Shown here: piece after piece, positions 1 to 14,124 of the stretch | Position numbering within the stretch: the stretch's first letter is position 1 | Layout of the letters: each line of letters starts with the position of its first letter | Assembly (NCBI GenBank): GCA_051047955.1 | Contig: JBPGPT010000002.1 | Location: 930,001 to 994,000, forward strand | DNA: 64,000 bases | Direction of reading: 5' to 3' | Origin: Cystobasidiomycetes sp. EMM_F5 | Lineage: Eukaryota | Position numbers and translations under genes: made by a program | Notes under the pieces: model-generated | The model's database searches: none | What the model was told of the DNA's origin: nothing | The model's input: only the letters and a program-made list of their open reading frames with translations

Positions 1-848
1 CCAGCATGTCGCGAGCCAAAAAGAGTGCCAACGGAGCTGATGCGGAGCGAGGGGGCATTCTGGGTTTGATGTGATATGGCTTTGGCGGAAGAGGCGGAGG
101 AGTGTCTTCGTTGTGCACGCTGGTGAGAATGTCAGGCGAACTGTTGCATCGTTTGGGCGCACCAGGCGAAGAAGCCAGAATGATGGGAATCGCCAGATGT
201 GGGGTAGCTGACAGATAGAGGCAATTTGCACGATCTGGTGTCGAGGTATAGGACAAATCGTCGCTTCCACCATTAATGATGGGAGACGCCGTCGGTGTAC
301 TCAGGTCCAATGTAAAAGCGGATTGCGGAGTCGTGGGAAAAGGACTGTGCAGGGATGGACTGTGTGTTCCCCAGAACATGCTTCGAGATCGCAATGATGG
401 GTTTGGAGAGGGAGTAGAGGGAGGACTGACGGGTATCGCAGCTTGCTCGGCTTTCAGTCTTGCAGCCTCAGCAGAAAGAGCCATTGCATCGATGCAACCA
501 AAGTCTGGCTCGTCATCGTCGTCTGCAGTGCTGAGGCTTTTGAGAAGAGCCAGCGTAGCCTTCCACGACCGACGTGCGGTTGGTGACGATGACGACGATG
601 TGCCGCTTGATGAAGTAGACGAAGCGAGGGTAATGATGGAGCCGGATCGATCTCTAGGCGTGAAGGGCGAATCATATGCCTGCGCACAAGGTACGTGTCA
701 CTGAGTTTTGCATAACGGATTCGAAAGTGCGAATGCTTACATCATCAACAGGGGGCAGAGTCCTGAGCTTCCTTGGTCCGATGCTGGACAGCCATGTGCG
801 AACGGTCGTCATACTTGCCACTACGAGCGATGAATCTAGACTACCCAT
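1..848 (-). CDS. 5' part of a Ser/Pro-rich hypothetical protein (runs off the left edge)
   Basis: ATG at 848, intron 740-680 (GTAAGC...GCAG), then an open low-complexity frame (MGSLDSSLVV...AYDSPFTPRDRSGS...PPPLPPKP) to position 1. No family recognised. Confidence 0.55.
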
Positions 849-1231
849 GTATACGCCTTAGTCGGTCTACTATGCGCGCAGTATGCGTGGACGCTACAGC
901 ACGGGCTAGGCTTACCTCGTGGAATGGCTTCCCGAATCCACTCGCAAGCGCGCGATCAACGCGTCCAGCTTGCTCAATTAGTCCTAGTGGTCTAGAGTCG
1001 GAAGAAATAAAGAGGGAACCGTTTCACAGAGCCCAGACGGAGCCAGCGCGCGCGAGGGAGGCAGGTCCAGGGGTGTCTAAAGGAGGCCGTCCAGGAGGCC
1101 CTGAAGGAGGGTACCACTTTTCACGCTGCATCGCTAGCATAAGCAAACATGTGCGAGGTACATGCTTTCAGCTGCATTACTGTCGACCATGATGCGATGA
1201 GTGAGTAGTATTCGTACTCAAGTAGGTACCG

Positions 1232-2312
1232 TTACGAGACGAGTTGCACAATTTGAGCAGTGATGTCTTTGAGGAGAATCGAGCTCTGAGTCTTCTTGTA
1301 CCGCTCTACTAATCCAACTCCGCTTTCTGGTCCATCCACGACCTTGACAAACTGCGAGTCGACGGGAAGTCTGCCTAGAAACCGCAGCTTCTCTGCAGGT
1401 CTCCCCTCCTTTTCTGCCTTTTCAGTCTCTAGCCGACAAAAGTCTTCGCCGCCGCCTCGACCAAAGATGTTGTGAATGACAGAGCAGTGCGGGCATATGT
1501 ATCCCGACATGTTCTCGATGAGACCCAACACGGGCAACCCTGTCCGGCGCGTAAATGACAGTTCCTTGGACACATCGGAGAGAGACACTGCTTGCGGGGT
1601 AGTAACGAGGATTGAGTTGAGAGTTGTTGACGTGCTGGACTGGAGAGCGGGCATCAGATTCTCCAGAAGGGATATGTGTTCGTCCGAAGTGCCTATATTA
1701 TTTATGTCAGCTGTGAGTATGACGCAGCTTCAACTCGAGTAAGGGTAGATGATTACCCGGAGGAGTGTCGATAATGAGCCAGTCGAGCTCTCCCCAGCGT
1801 ACATCTGCCAGGAATTGGCGTATCATTGCCGACTTTTTTGGTCCACGCCACACGACAGCCTGTCTTGAATCACGAAGCAGGAATCCGATACTCATGACTT
1901 TGAATTCATCTCTGCTGTCGTCTCTTCCGTGCACTCCATTCTGCGCAGTCTCTTTGCCTTCTTTGCTGGCTTGTCCGTTCGTCTGGCTTGCATCTTTGTC
2001 ATCGTCCTGGCCAGCTTTCTTCAATGGCAAATAGACGGGGACCCAACCATCCGCGCTCTGATGGACCGCAGCTCCATCCAAGCCCAGCATTCGCGGTATA
2101 GATGGCCCAGTCAGATCCACGTCCAGCAGCCCTATCCGACGAGGTTGCGAGTCTTCTGATTCATCGTCACCGGCTGGCCTGTCGAGCAGCGAAAGTGCGA
2201 GCTGGACGGCAACGCTGGACTTGCCGACACCGCCTTTGCCAGACAGGACGAGCAGGACGTGCTTGATGCTGCTCAGCCGCCGCGAGAGCTTGGCCGGGTC
2301 GACGGTCGACAT
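1232..2312 (-). CDS. CFD1: Cytosolic Fe-S cluster assembly P-loop NTPase Cfd1/NUBP2
   Basis: GKGGVGKSS Walker [24 protein letters not shown] and [11 protein letters not shown] motifs. Lacks the N-terminal 4-Cys extension of Nbp35. One intron near 1693-1757. Confidence 0.92.
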
Positions 2313-2609
2313 TGTTGCGTTGGATGCGGAGCATGTATGACGATATGAAAGCACGCGAACACAGTCAAGGAAATACTGAAAAATCAAAGCTTGAAACGCG
2401 TTACAGCCGGTCAGATTACATGACAAGCTAGTATTGGCGGGAAGAGAGCAGTCTCGGAAAGTGAGATGCAGTTTACCGAAACGCAGTCGAAAGCTAGCAT
2501 CCATCATCCTTCAAAGCTTGACAGAAAGATCGACATCGTCCTGTCTACTTCTCCTGCTCCATCTCTCGTCTGCTTGGGTCATCCGTCCGAAACACCATCG
2601 CACTACACT

Positions 2610-3121
2610 TTACGCCTCTGTGCTCGAAGCGGTTTTCGTTTGCCTTGTCGCAGTCTGACCTTCTCTGAAGCCATTCTTGAACCGGCGAGCGACGTGCTGT
2701 AAGTGATACGACATCAGACATGGCCATTCACCCTGCCCTGTACTCTTTGCTGCCCACCTTCAAGTAGGACATCTTTCCGGTACCAGTCGTCTTTCTTCGC
2801 TTAGCCTTCTGACCCCACTCGTATGACCTGATCTTGGCCGAAGGGTATCCGCACGAAGCACAGGCTGTTGTTGGTACAATTTCACAGCATTCAGTCTTTC
2901 ACTCCGTCACTTGCCAATCCCACATCCACTGACTCTTGTGTTGTTTGTGGAAAGACCGGCGACCGCACCGACGGCACAGAGTGTGCGTCTTTGTCGTCCG
3001 TTTACCAAAGGATTGGGTACCCTGTTACGCATGCGTAAATTCAATCGTCAATTAAGACTGTTCCCTTCGCTGGGCTTTCCGAGCCCTCCATTCCTGCACA
3101 GCGTCAACCGACCTTTGTCAT
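2610..3121 (-). CDS. RPL37: 60S ribosomal protein L37 (eL37); not in the ORF track
   Basis: Spliced across 3 introns: [81 protein letters not shown]...; C4 zinc finger typical of eL37. Confidence 0.96.
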
Positions 3122-3503
3122 CTTGTTAAAGTATCCCTAGTAGATCTGTAGTAGCAGAGTATGCGAGCAGAATGGAGCGAGTAGATCGTAAGCTCGCTGT
3201 TGGCAGTTTACAGAAATTGGCGGGATATTATTCGAAAGTCGACCAATCTATGTCGGATTTTCGAGCAGAGATTGCGGCTTTTGAGGGCGATGGATGCAGT
3301 GTAGCGTCACTTACGGTATACTTCTTACGTCGCAGGTGATACTCGGAATTGATGCACTCTGCCTGAACGAGTCCCTCGAGCCTTTCCGGTCAATCGAGGA
3401 AAAAATCGAAAACTCGAGGAAGCAGGCACGGCTGAGAAAGCTCAAAGGGTTTACTCTCAAGCCTCGAGGACACGACAGCCAGCTCGTCAGAGACTTGTCG
3501 ACC
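3122..3503. promoter_or_regulatory. Shared divergent promoter region of RPL37 and RPS31
   Basis: Two ribosomal protein genes lie head-to-head with about 380 bp between start codons. Confidence 0.7.
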
Positions 3504-4153
<650 letters not shown>

Positions 4154-4887
4154 AAGCCTCGCTGACAATACGGTGTATTCAGCTAGCTTTTTACTCTGTT
4201 CGCTCTGAGGAGCCGTAATGCACGTTCTTTTATGCGATTTTTACGAGGAGACCTGAGCCATTGCCATTCTTTTACACCACCGCCATCTACTTGCCTGTCC
4301 TACCATTATTGCTATCCTTCATTGACTTCTCGCTGTCCCACACACTTCACTCGACGCGCTTCGGCTTACTCAGCAATCGAGGCATGCCACAGCCTTTGCG
4401 AGCCAGACATAACAGCTCTCGACGCAGTGGAATACTGGGCAATTGCAAAGAAGTATCGACAACAACTGCGAGCTACACTGCTTCACGAGCATATGCTGGA
4501 TCAAGCTCGCTGAAAGAGTGACAAACCTGCCTCGAAAGTCCCGACGAGCCACGCTTTCACCTCGCCAAAACAGCCAGGCTCTACAGGCTGCCAGCATAGC
4601 GACTGCGACACTTTGCAGTAAAACACAACATACGGCAGTGCATACGAGCACATCAAGACTACGCCAATTCTGCTATTGCGCATTGCAAATTGTCAAGCGC
4701 GCTCCGCTCCCGTAGATCAGCAACGGACCCTTTGAGACGGCTATCGGGCCAGGTCTCAGTGGAGGAACCGCAGGACAAGTACAGACATACGCACATCACT
4801 ACAGACATGGCAAGGATATCGTCAGTGACGCCGTCGTGCTCGCAATCGCCAGCCCGGCCATCCCGCTCAAGTGGCACCACGCCGAGG

Positions 4888-5782
4888 ATGAGCTACAACA
4901 GCATGCCGTCCAGGCTAGCAACCGCCTTGTTGGCGTTGAGCATGGCTGCGTATGCACCTCAAACAGCATATGCGCAAAACATGAACAACGTCACCTCGCT
5001 CACGGGGACGTGGTCGACAGGCTATGGATCAGTCATGACTGGGCCAGTGCGTCCATTTTCATCCGCTCAATTGCGATGGTGCATGCTAATGACGGCGATA
5101 GGGCTTTGCTTCACCGACAAACTTCACCTTTAAATACCCCAACACGACTGGAATGAGCTACTCATTCACCGACGACGGCTACTTTGAGGAGGCGCAGTAC
5201 CGCTTTGTATCGAACGGGAGTGAGCCACACTGCGTGCAAGCTGTCATTATATGGCAGCATGGAAGTTATATCATCAATTCGAATAACGTGAGCAGTCTTG
5301 AGTATTCGTACCCGAATCGAGCTAATTGCTGCATCCACATGTCAGTCCATCACGCTAAATCCCATCGAGTCGGACGGGCGCATTCAGGTTCAAGATCCAT
5401 GCGCTGCAGAATCAAACGTCATCACCTACTATTCTCAACAAACACTCTTCTCGGGGTGGTCAATTATTGCCGATCCGAATCATTCGAGATATATGCTACA
5501 GCTCCTCCGGTTTGATGGTGCACTCGAACCGAGAATGTACCTCTACTACAGACCGCCAAACATGCTTCCGAGTGCGTAAATTGGCCTTTGCGGGCTTGTG
5601 ATTGCTGGCTGATGATGTACCGGTTACTTGCTACAGCATCCCAGCTGTGGACGTCGGACGCCTACAAGTCTTACGTTGCAGCTCACGGAGGCAGCAGTGC
5701 AGCAACCCGGACGCAAGCTATAAGCCTAGCTGGCATTGTCGCCGGAGCACTGGGTGCATTGACGTGGGCCATCTTTGCGTAA
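4888..5782 (+). CDS. ROT1: ER chaperone Rot1
   Basis: Signal peptide, SLTGTWSTG.GSV.TGP, SYSFTDDGYFEEAQY, WQHGSY, DGRIQVQDPC, PPNMLP and a C-terminal hydrophobic segment. The start may be 4888 or 4903. Confidence 0.9.
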
Positions 5783-6466
5783 TGCAGTGGAGGCGTAGTG
5801 CGCGCGGCTGGGCGTCACACAACGTCTCACACTGTCTGGTCCTGCTAGAGAGAGTGATGCCTCTGCACAAGTCTGTACCAACAAACCATCCCAACATCTA
5901 CCCGATGTCTGGCAAAACACATCGAAGCGATTGGCTAGTCTGCTGGCTGGCTGATTCATCCCTCGTTTTTCACGAATACTTCAGTAATGGACACTTACCT
6001 TATTCTTCCCCTTCAGTCGCAGTACAGTGTTCTGCCTTCTCGACTCGACGTGTTGGACCACGGCTGGATTCGGACGTCGGCTGCAAGACTCAGCTGCATA
6101 TGGGACGAGACATAGACATCCTCACCACCCCCCATTTGTCCTGTCTCCTTACCGCAGTTTTACTTTGGCGCCGACGACATAGATTGACGTGCCCCGCTTC
6201 TGTTTTCGTGTTGTCTCTAGTCTGGCTGTCTCACGCTGTATCATGCAATTCTAAACGAGTGCGAGCAACAGAGCAGCATTACAGAGTGATGCAGTGGTAA
6301 CCTCGATTCACAATATCTACTCTTGACTTCAAGCGTGCATTGTCCGAAATTGTTGCTCCTATGGGACCTCGATTGCGCGTTCCTAGCACCATCATCCGCG
6401 ACCTACAGACCAAGGTCCTTCGACAACTCAAAACACAATAACCCTGCTTCTTTAACACTGGAAGCA

Positions 6467-7598
6467 ATGGCTTCAGCAGCTCAAGTCCTGCCTGCGTACA
6501 GCCAGGCGCCAGGCCATTCCTCCGAACTGGGCGTGGGCACCTCGGCCGCTGGAGGTCCAATGCAGCGTCGTTTTGACCCGTATGCCGTGGGTGGAGTGTG
6601 CTTTGCAGCATACTTATTCGTGCTGATGTGGTACCAATGTGTGCCTCGCCATTCTGCTCGACTTGTACCGTAACACTCTGTCCGGACTCGTATCTATTGG
6701 CGTCGTCATCCGCTCGACCTGGTTTGGAATCTCTGCACCATTGCGTACAATTGGGATATACAGGATAACGGAGGAACGATCCTTGCTGTATCTTCGAAAG
6801 ACTTTGTGATTGTCGGATCCGACACTCGGCAGTCGGAAGGCTACTCTATTCAAACGAGATACACCCCACGCGTGTTTCCTCTGACGAGCACGGGCACGAT
6901 CCTCTCCGTGCAAGGCTTTCAGGGCGATGTTAGCACGTTTGTCAAGCGCTTGAAGCAACGGCTAGAGGTGGGCATTCCGAATTACCGACCGCTGCGTACA
7001 TCGGTCAAAGACTGATGCGTTCTTGGTCACGGCTAGTGGTATCAACACAATCATAACAAAGAAATGGACTTACCTGCTATAGCTCGCTTGGTTCAGACTA
7101 TGCTGTACGGCAAGCGATTCTTCCCATTCTACACCTATGTTATTCGTGAGTGCCTGCGCGTGAAAATAGCAGACAAATAGCGATAGCTGAGTAGAGTGTC
7201 CTTCTCGTAACGGCATGCAACACGCAGTCGGCGGAATCGATCGCGATGGAACGGGCGCCGTTTACTCCTTCGACCCCGTCGGCTCCTATGAGCGAGAGTC
7301 ATGTCGTGCCGCCGGATCCGCTCAATCACTCGTCCAACCCTTCCTCGACGCAATGATCAATGGCAAGAATCAACTGCCACCACCAGGCGAAGCGCCCCGA
7401 TCTCATCTCGAACGCTCAAATCTACCATTGGATCGCGTGCTAGGCCTCGTCACGGACGCTTTTACAGGTGCGACAGAGAGGGAAATCGCAGTCGGAGACA
7501 TGATGGAATTGTATGTCGTTCAAGTCAAGCGGGACGATGGCGGGAAAGCAGTCGGAGTTGACATCGGAGTACTGCGAAAAGCCCTTAAAGAGGACTGA
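6467..7598 (+). CDS. PRE7: 20S proteasome subunit beta 6 (PSMB1-type)
   Basis: RFDPYA|DNGGTILAV, DTRQSEGYSIQTRY, LYGKRFFPFY, GAVYSFDPVGSYERE.CRAAGSAQSLVQPFLD. Confidence 0.94.
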
Positions 7599-7881
7599 GG
7601 GTGAAGCCAAGAGATGTAATATTTTGTGACAAAATGATCATTCCGCAAGTATGGCAAATACAGTGAGCATCGTAGACTTGCTACAGCACATGGCAACATG
7701 ACAGGACGACACAGAAGCTGTTTGCATTACTTGCTCTTACAACCTGAAATTCCAAGTATTACAAGGGCCGACGTCTGAAGCTTTGAAGAGACCAAAATGC
7801 AGCAACTACGGATTTACCACGCAATAAGTGAATGCAAGCACTACACGACTGGGCGTTCTGCCAAATTCTGTCTGAGGTTGT

Positions 7882-9312
7882 TCAGTCTTCGGCAACTGCA
7901 AGGTGAGCAGGTATCAGTATCAACGTCATATATGCCCAACGAACATTGCACATACTCTTGGGCGCCAAGTAGAATTTGATGGAACCGCCTTCCCAAGTGT
8001 ACTCAACGAGCAGAGGGACGTCGTTGCTCATTTGCAGGTTGACGGTGGTCGACAGCGGTGTAGATTTTGCAAAGTTGTTGAGGTATTTGATGGAGAAGTT
8101 GAGTGAGACGCTTTGCGATACGTCTACGGTAACCTCGCGGCTCTCTTCCTCGTCGCCCTTGGATTTACCCTTGGCCTTGCTAGGCTTCCCTTTTGATGAC
8201 TTGGAGCCGGTCTTCTTTCCCTTCTTACCCTTGGGTGCTTCATCTTCCTCCTCCTCCTCCTCTTCGTCCTCATCGTCCTCATCTTCCTCTTCAGACTCGT
8301 CCTTGATGACTGGTTTGACATCCTCGTCCTCATCCATGTCTTCATCGTCAGACTCCTCCTTCTTTGCCTTCACTTTTGGCTTTGCTCCTCCAGACTTTTT
8401 CGACTTGCCAGAGCTGCTCGTCGGCTTGACAGTCACACTTCCAGTGCCAATCTCGCCCTCGGCGGTAAACTTGACGCCTTCGGTGGTGGCCTCAATCTTG
8501 ACGCTCTCGCCGAGGTCCTTCAAGTCTCGCATAATTTTGGCAAATTCCGCCGAGGGCATGCTGATCTTGGCGTCGTAGTCGGTCTCGGGTATGCCCAGTT
8601 GCTCGGAATCAATGTCCATGAGCTTCATCTCGTATTCACCGATACGCGCAGCTCCTGTATACAGCGAAAGGACGCGTCAATGGTCTCAGCGAAGCGTATT
8701 ATACCTCTAATTAACGTCAACGCACGCTTTCCCTGGAATTGCAGGTTCAAAACATCGGCGTCCTCGTTTGCAGACAGCTTGCAGTTGTCATCGTTATTTG
8801 CACACTTGATGATCTTTTGCAAGGAACCGAGGTTCATGCCCAGTGTCATTTCGCGATCGCATCTGAAATCGGTAAAGGCGTCCTTTTGCAGCTCCATTGA
8901 TACGAGGGCTACGTGCGAATTGTCCATGGCTTGTAGTTTCTGCCGTCGTCCGGAAACAGATACCGTAACACAGGTCGCAAGCATCGCGTCGTCAGACATA
9001 ACGGTGCAGCGGCATATAACGTATACTCGGGCAGCACTCACGAGACCCGCATCAGAGCAATCCAGGTTGGCATCTGTAACGAGTTCCTTGACGGCTGTTT
9101 ACATCGGGGAAAAAAGAAGTTGAACAGGCCCGTTCAGTCAGTCTGCAAGTCGTGTCGCACAGTGGGCAGCCGAGTAAGGGCACCATCTAGGATCTTCTTG
9201 AGCAGTTCTGCTTTGTCTAGGGTAGCTTCCTGTTGTTTCAATGTCGCGAACAGTAAACACATCAGTCACAAGTTTCGAGCCATTCGCGTCACACGCTAGG
9301 GCTTACAAACAT
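7882..9312 (-). CDS. POL30: Proliferating cell nuclear antigen with a long charged insertion
   Basis: MF|EATLDKAELLKKILD, LQAMDNSHVALV, YEMKLMDIDSEQLGIPETDY, FSIKYLNNFAKSTPLS, KFYLAPK. Six exons. Confidence 0.96.
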
Positions 9313-9755
9313 GGCGAGTGATTATAATATTGTCCGAGTGACACTGAGGTGCCTTTCTGTCGAGGCTGTTGATTGTCCTTGAATATGTTCTGTTCGGTGT
9401 AAGGCGAAAGGCGCGTACACTGCTTGCGGCGCGTAAATGAAAGCGGCGATCGGGGAGGCAGCAAAACACAGGTCGAAGCAAGCAAGGCAGGCAAAGGGCA
9501 ACAATCACAGCAGTCTTCGCTCGCGGAATACCATCCAAGGTGATCTATCGCCCATCTCGTCGAATTCTAACAGTCATCGCAGCTGCTCAACAGCCTGCGG
9601 AAAAAGGTGCATAGAAGGTAATACAGTAAAAGAATGGCTGAAGTTGCCTTTGAGGCTCCGTAGTAGTTGCAGTCGTGAATTTCGTCTCCTGTATTTTCCT
9701 GACATTGGCCGATGGCCGTTCCTCATCTCCTTCCTTTCCCTGTCTTCCCTAAGTA

Positions 9756-11395
9756 TCAAGATTGGTGCATTGCCGCTATCGCCTCGAATGGCGCGCGTCG
9801 CAGACGTCGTTGCTTCTCGAACCGTTTCGCCGCCGTCGGTAGATTGGATAATGCTGGAGCGACAGCCTGTGATATCGGAATTTGCCTGATATTTGGTTGG
9901 ACAGCCTGAAGATCACGCTTCGAGATATTGGTAGCACCGGTGAGTTTCGTATCCGCAAATACAGACCAAGTATCTTCGTCCGTCCAGATCTCAAAGTCGT
10001 TGGCTGCCGCGCCTGGTTGAACAATTTGCCAAACCAGCCAAGGGATCTGAGCGGCTTTCATCTGCTGTGCCATCCATTTCAGGGTACCAGCTTTGCCAGC
10101 GCCAATAGCTCCAAATTCCTCAAAGAGGATTACTTTGCCTGACGCTGCGGCTCTCGTTCGTGCACCGGCAAGTGTTGCAGCCGTGGCAGCGGCGTCGGTG
10201 TTGTAGTCATGGACAGCGATTATATCGAAATTGCCGCAATTCCATGCCCAATCCGCCAATGAGGTGTCCATAGATATTCCTCCACCATTGGCGACTTTGA
10301 TACCAGATCCCTTTGGCAGGTTCTGCTTGATTCGGCCGGCGCGATCGCAGACCCACCAGCTATCGGTCTGGTCCATGTGACCCATTGCCTCATTTTGCGG
10401 CTCGAATGCATAGACGACACTGTCCAACTCCGACCATTTCTTGTTTCCCATCAAGGAGTTCTTGTGTGAAAGTATGTCTGCAAATCTTGCTGTCAGCGAG
10501 AGGTGTTTTACGACAGTCTGCTGCACTTACGATCTATACGCTTGTCGAAAGCGTCCTTGGCTTGCCATGTTGAGTAAAATGCAGAAGCGTCGGTTATAAC
10601 CTGCGCTCCGGTAGTCCCAGGTGCCGCCACACCGAACGTAGTTGCATACGCATCGGTATCCCACCAGCCAAGAGCGTAACGATCGCCCATAGAGATGATG
10701 AGCTTGATTCCGCGCTGTGCGCACTCGGACATCAGGACATCGATTTTTCTGAGGATAGTGTCATCGTAGACTCCGAGTGTCACAGGCTCAACATCTGGAA
10801 TCTCGTCATTGCCGCTTCCTTTGTTGTTCTGGTAGATGTGGGTGACAAAGATGCGCAGGACGCTCATTCCAGCCGATTTCATGGCGTCTAGTACAGATTG
10901 GCGATCTGCATCTTGTAAGGCGTATATGTAATACGAATTAGCGCCAACGTAGAAGCCCGCCAAAGCGCTCGATGCCGCTTGAGGCAGAGTTGTGGTGGGT
11001 GTAGCAGGAGGAGTTGTAGTCTGGGGAATCTTCTGTATATTTGCTGTAGCGCTCGGAGTAGTGATGGTCATTTGAGTCGGTTTGACTGGCGTAAATTGCG
11101 GGGTCGTCTTGGAAGTAGCTGATGTGCTACTGCTGATTTGCACTTTAGGCGGGTTGACTGATAGAGGCACCACAGGCGCCACGGGTTTGGATGTTGTCGA
11201 CAGCGATGTGGTGGCCGCGACTGTCGCCTTTTGGACAAAGAGCGCCGAGCCAGACATGAGTAGACTGACGCCTATCTCTGCCGAAGCTCCGACTTGAAGA
11301 TTCGGTAGTAGCGCATCGTTTGTCAATGCATGTGTCTGACTGAATGATGAGATTGCAATGGTGACCAGCACTGCAAGCTGGGTAAAGCTCTTCAT
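9756..11395 (-). CDS. Secreted glycoside hydrolase family 5 (mannanase-like) with Ser/Thr/Pro linker
   Basis: Signal peptide MKSFTQLAVL..., GANSYY, VLRIF, GIKLII, AFEPQNEAM (acid/base), AVHDY, LFEEFG (nucleophile). One intron near 10480-10530. Confidence 0.85.
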
Positions 11396-12350
11396 CGTGG
11401 GTTTGTCAGATGTCAGAGTCACGGCAGCAGGTAGGAACGTTAAGATGATGAAGAAGAAGAGAGAGAGCGAGTGTTAGGAAATGGAATGTAAGGCCCTATG
11501 TCAACTTTACTCTGCCGCCTTCGTTAGGTTTCGAGCTTGCGCATAAGGTACAGTGTCCCAAATCACGGAGGGTCGGCAGGAGCATCCGACTCGCCGTCTG
11601 CGCTTTCGGGAAGGACATGTCCATGGATTGCACTGCAGTATCTACCAGCCTCCTGCAGCCTTCTTGCACTTCCATACGTCTTTCCGAATCAGGCACGTCG
11701 AGGTGGCTGGTCGCACATCAATGCCCAACCACCTGCCCGATGAAGACGCATCGTTGACGGAGGCTGGACGCTGGAGCAAGACGACTTGGAGCAGAAGATG
11801 ATTAATCAGGACACGTTAGGAATCAGTCTGATCCTTCGCAGCTTATCCAGCCAACTTGCGCCGGGGTTTCCCCAGGTCCTTCAAGACCAGCAGACCAGAA
11901 CAATGCTGCAACGCTGAGTCTTCGAGCGTTGGCTTGCGAGCGCTGCGAAGTGGACTGATCATGTGCTGACACAAGCTGGTGGAGCTTACCAAGTCATGAG
12001 TCGCGCCGTGTCAAGCGAAGTTCTCCTGAGGTTGTCCAATGGCAATGGAAAGTCCTGCGATTTTTGGGTGGGTGTATTCCTGCACACGGACGCACACCCT
12101 TTCCCATCATTCCTACCGAAATAACACCTTAATGCCGCGAAGGCAGGGTCCGGACCGCGACTTCGGATATTTGCCGACTCCTGACACAAAGGACGGAACA
12201 CTTGCTGCTGTAGAGGCATCCGTGGAGTCATCCGGACCCTAGAGACGCTTAAGGTATATCTTTCACTGGCCAACTCAACCTACCCGCGTTTAGATAGCCA
12301 AGAGACCAATGATCTGAGCTCACACTCCTTTTTCATACCTTTCGCCCCAC

Positions 12351-13880
12351 ATGCAACTCCGATTCCTCGTATTGCTAGCTTTAGAGGCGCTGCAAGTGCA
12401 TGCAGTCACTCTATCACGTATGCACCGACGAGGGGTGAAAGCTGGTCATCGTCATCGTCATAAGCGTCCATGGCCTCAAATTTCTGGAGGCTTTCCTGGT
12501 CCCCTAAATGTTTATGTCAAGGCGTATTTCCCAGACATCTGGCACGGCATCTTACCTCCACCACCTATCGCTTACAATACGATTGTTCAGACTTCCACTA
12601 ATGTAGTAGCTCCCGGCATCTCAGACATCGCAACGTCTAAGGGGGCGCAAACCAGCGTGGCTGGCCAGGCTCCCAACCCGGAGCAGTCCGGTGTGAGTGG
12701 CAGCTCGAAGACTTCGGGTACCTCAACAACAGCGACCAATATTGGCAGCGCAGCTGGCCAAGGTAGCTCTACCAATACCCAGCCGGCAACTTCCAGCGCG
12801 ACCACCAAAGCAAATGGCAACGAAAGCACCTCCACAACCGCGGCGTCGAGCACGACTTCTAGTGCCCCTTCCTTGTCCGGTGGATTCACCAAGAAGGGTC
12901 TCGCGTTGGGTGACATCACAGCGGCCAAAGCGAACGCAGGCAAGGTCGGATGGGCGAAGAATTGGAACTCCGGCCGGCAAGGGCTGACAACAGATATACC
13001 GTTCATACCAATGCTGTGAGTTTCCACAACACAACACAACTTCGTCCGCTGACACCAGCGTCATAGCTGGAACAATTCTGCTTCGAGACTGGCCTCTTGG
13101 AATGCTGATGTTGCTGCCAATCTTGCAGAGCCAAACTCCCTGAAGGTGTTGTTCACGGTAATTTGACCCCTCACAGCAAGAGCACTGGCCGTGTCTGATC
13201 TTTCTCTCGTCTAGTTCAACGAGCCTGAGCCGGAAATGTGCGCACATCAAGCATGCATGGATGTTGGGTAGGTTGGAGCTCCTAATGACGGGCTTTACAT
13301 CGGCTAACATTCCCGATAGGACCGCTGTGAAGACTTGGGGCGACTATGTGGAACAGTATCATGGCAAGGCCACTTTGGTGTCCCCGTCTGTTGACTCCAA
13401 TGAAGCTTGGGGTAAGCCGTGGCTAGACTCTTTTCTATCACAAGCCTCAGGTAAAGGCTACCATATCGATTTGATCGGTCTGCATTGGTATGTCAGCTGG
13501 TCCACCTGTTCTCGATGGGTATGCGACTGACCTCCTGCGTAGGTACGGAGACAGCACCCAGATGGACATGTTTCAAGACTATCTCACTCGCATGTACTCG
13601 CACTTTGGCAACAAGAAGATATGGCTTACGGAGTTCGGGGTGACCGGAACGCAGCAGCAGCAGCACGACTTTTACAAGACGGCTGTGGGCTGGCTGACTG
13701 GGCAGGACATGATTGCAGGTGTGTAGGATGCTCTTATTATTGGTCGGTGTCAAAAGCCCATTGACCTTTAAACCTGCAGGATTTTCTGCCTTTTATTTCG
13801 GACAAGATGCTGTGTACGGCCTCACAGATGGGAATGGGCAACTGACGCTGGCCGGGCAGGGTTTTGTTCTAGGGCAGTAG
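12351..13880 (+). CDS. Secreted GH128 (Asl1-like) beta-1,3-glucanase with Ser/Thr linker
   Basis: Signal peptide, KKGLA, W..NW, FIPML|W, FNEPE, LVSPSV, LHWY, KIWLTEFG. Several short introns. Confidence 0.85.
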
Positions 13881-14124
13881 ACTGGCCAGATTTTGTTGGC
13901 TTCTACCACAGGATGTACGGTTTAGGGTATCTGCAGTATCCTTGTTTTTGCCGAATACTTCAGAGTGAGGCGTATACGAGTGCGTATCTATGCTAGACGA
14001 CTGCCTTTGCAAACGCAGACTTGCCGACTTTGCTCTTTATACGTGTATTGCCCCTATTCTTGCCCTCGAATGACAGCCCAGGTTTTTCAAGCAACATCTC
14101 ATTTTGATTCTATACTCAAGCAGC

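Noticed and set aside
3440..3465. AAGGG...CTCAAGC shared with the RPS14 upstream region (~32305-32320)
   Set aside because: Short, variably spaced and seen in only two promoters; not enough to call a motif.
5991..6200. ACTTACCT resembling the 5' end of U1 snRNA (also TACTTACC at ~27054)
   Set aside because: No U1-70K loop, U1A loop or Sm site follows; more simply a reverse-strand GTAAGT donor or chance.
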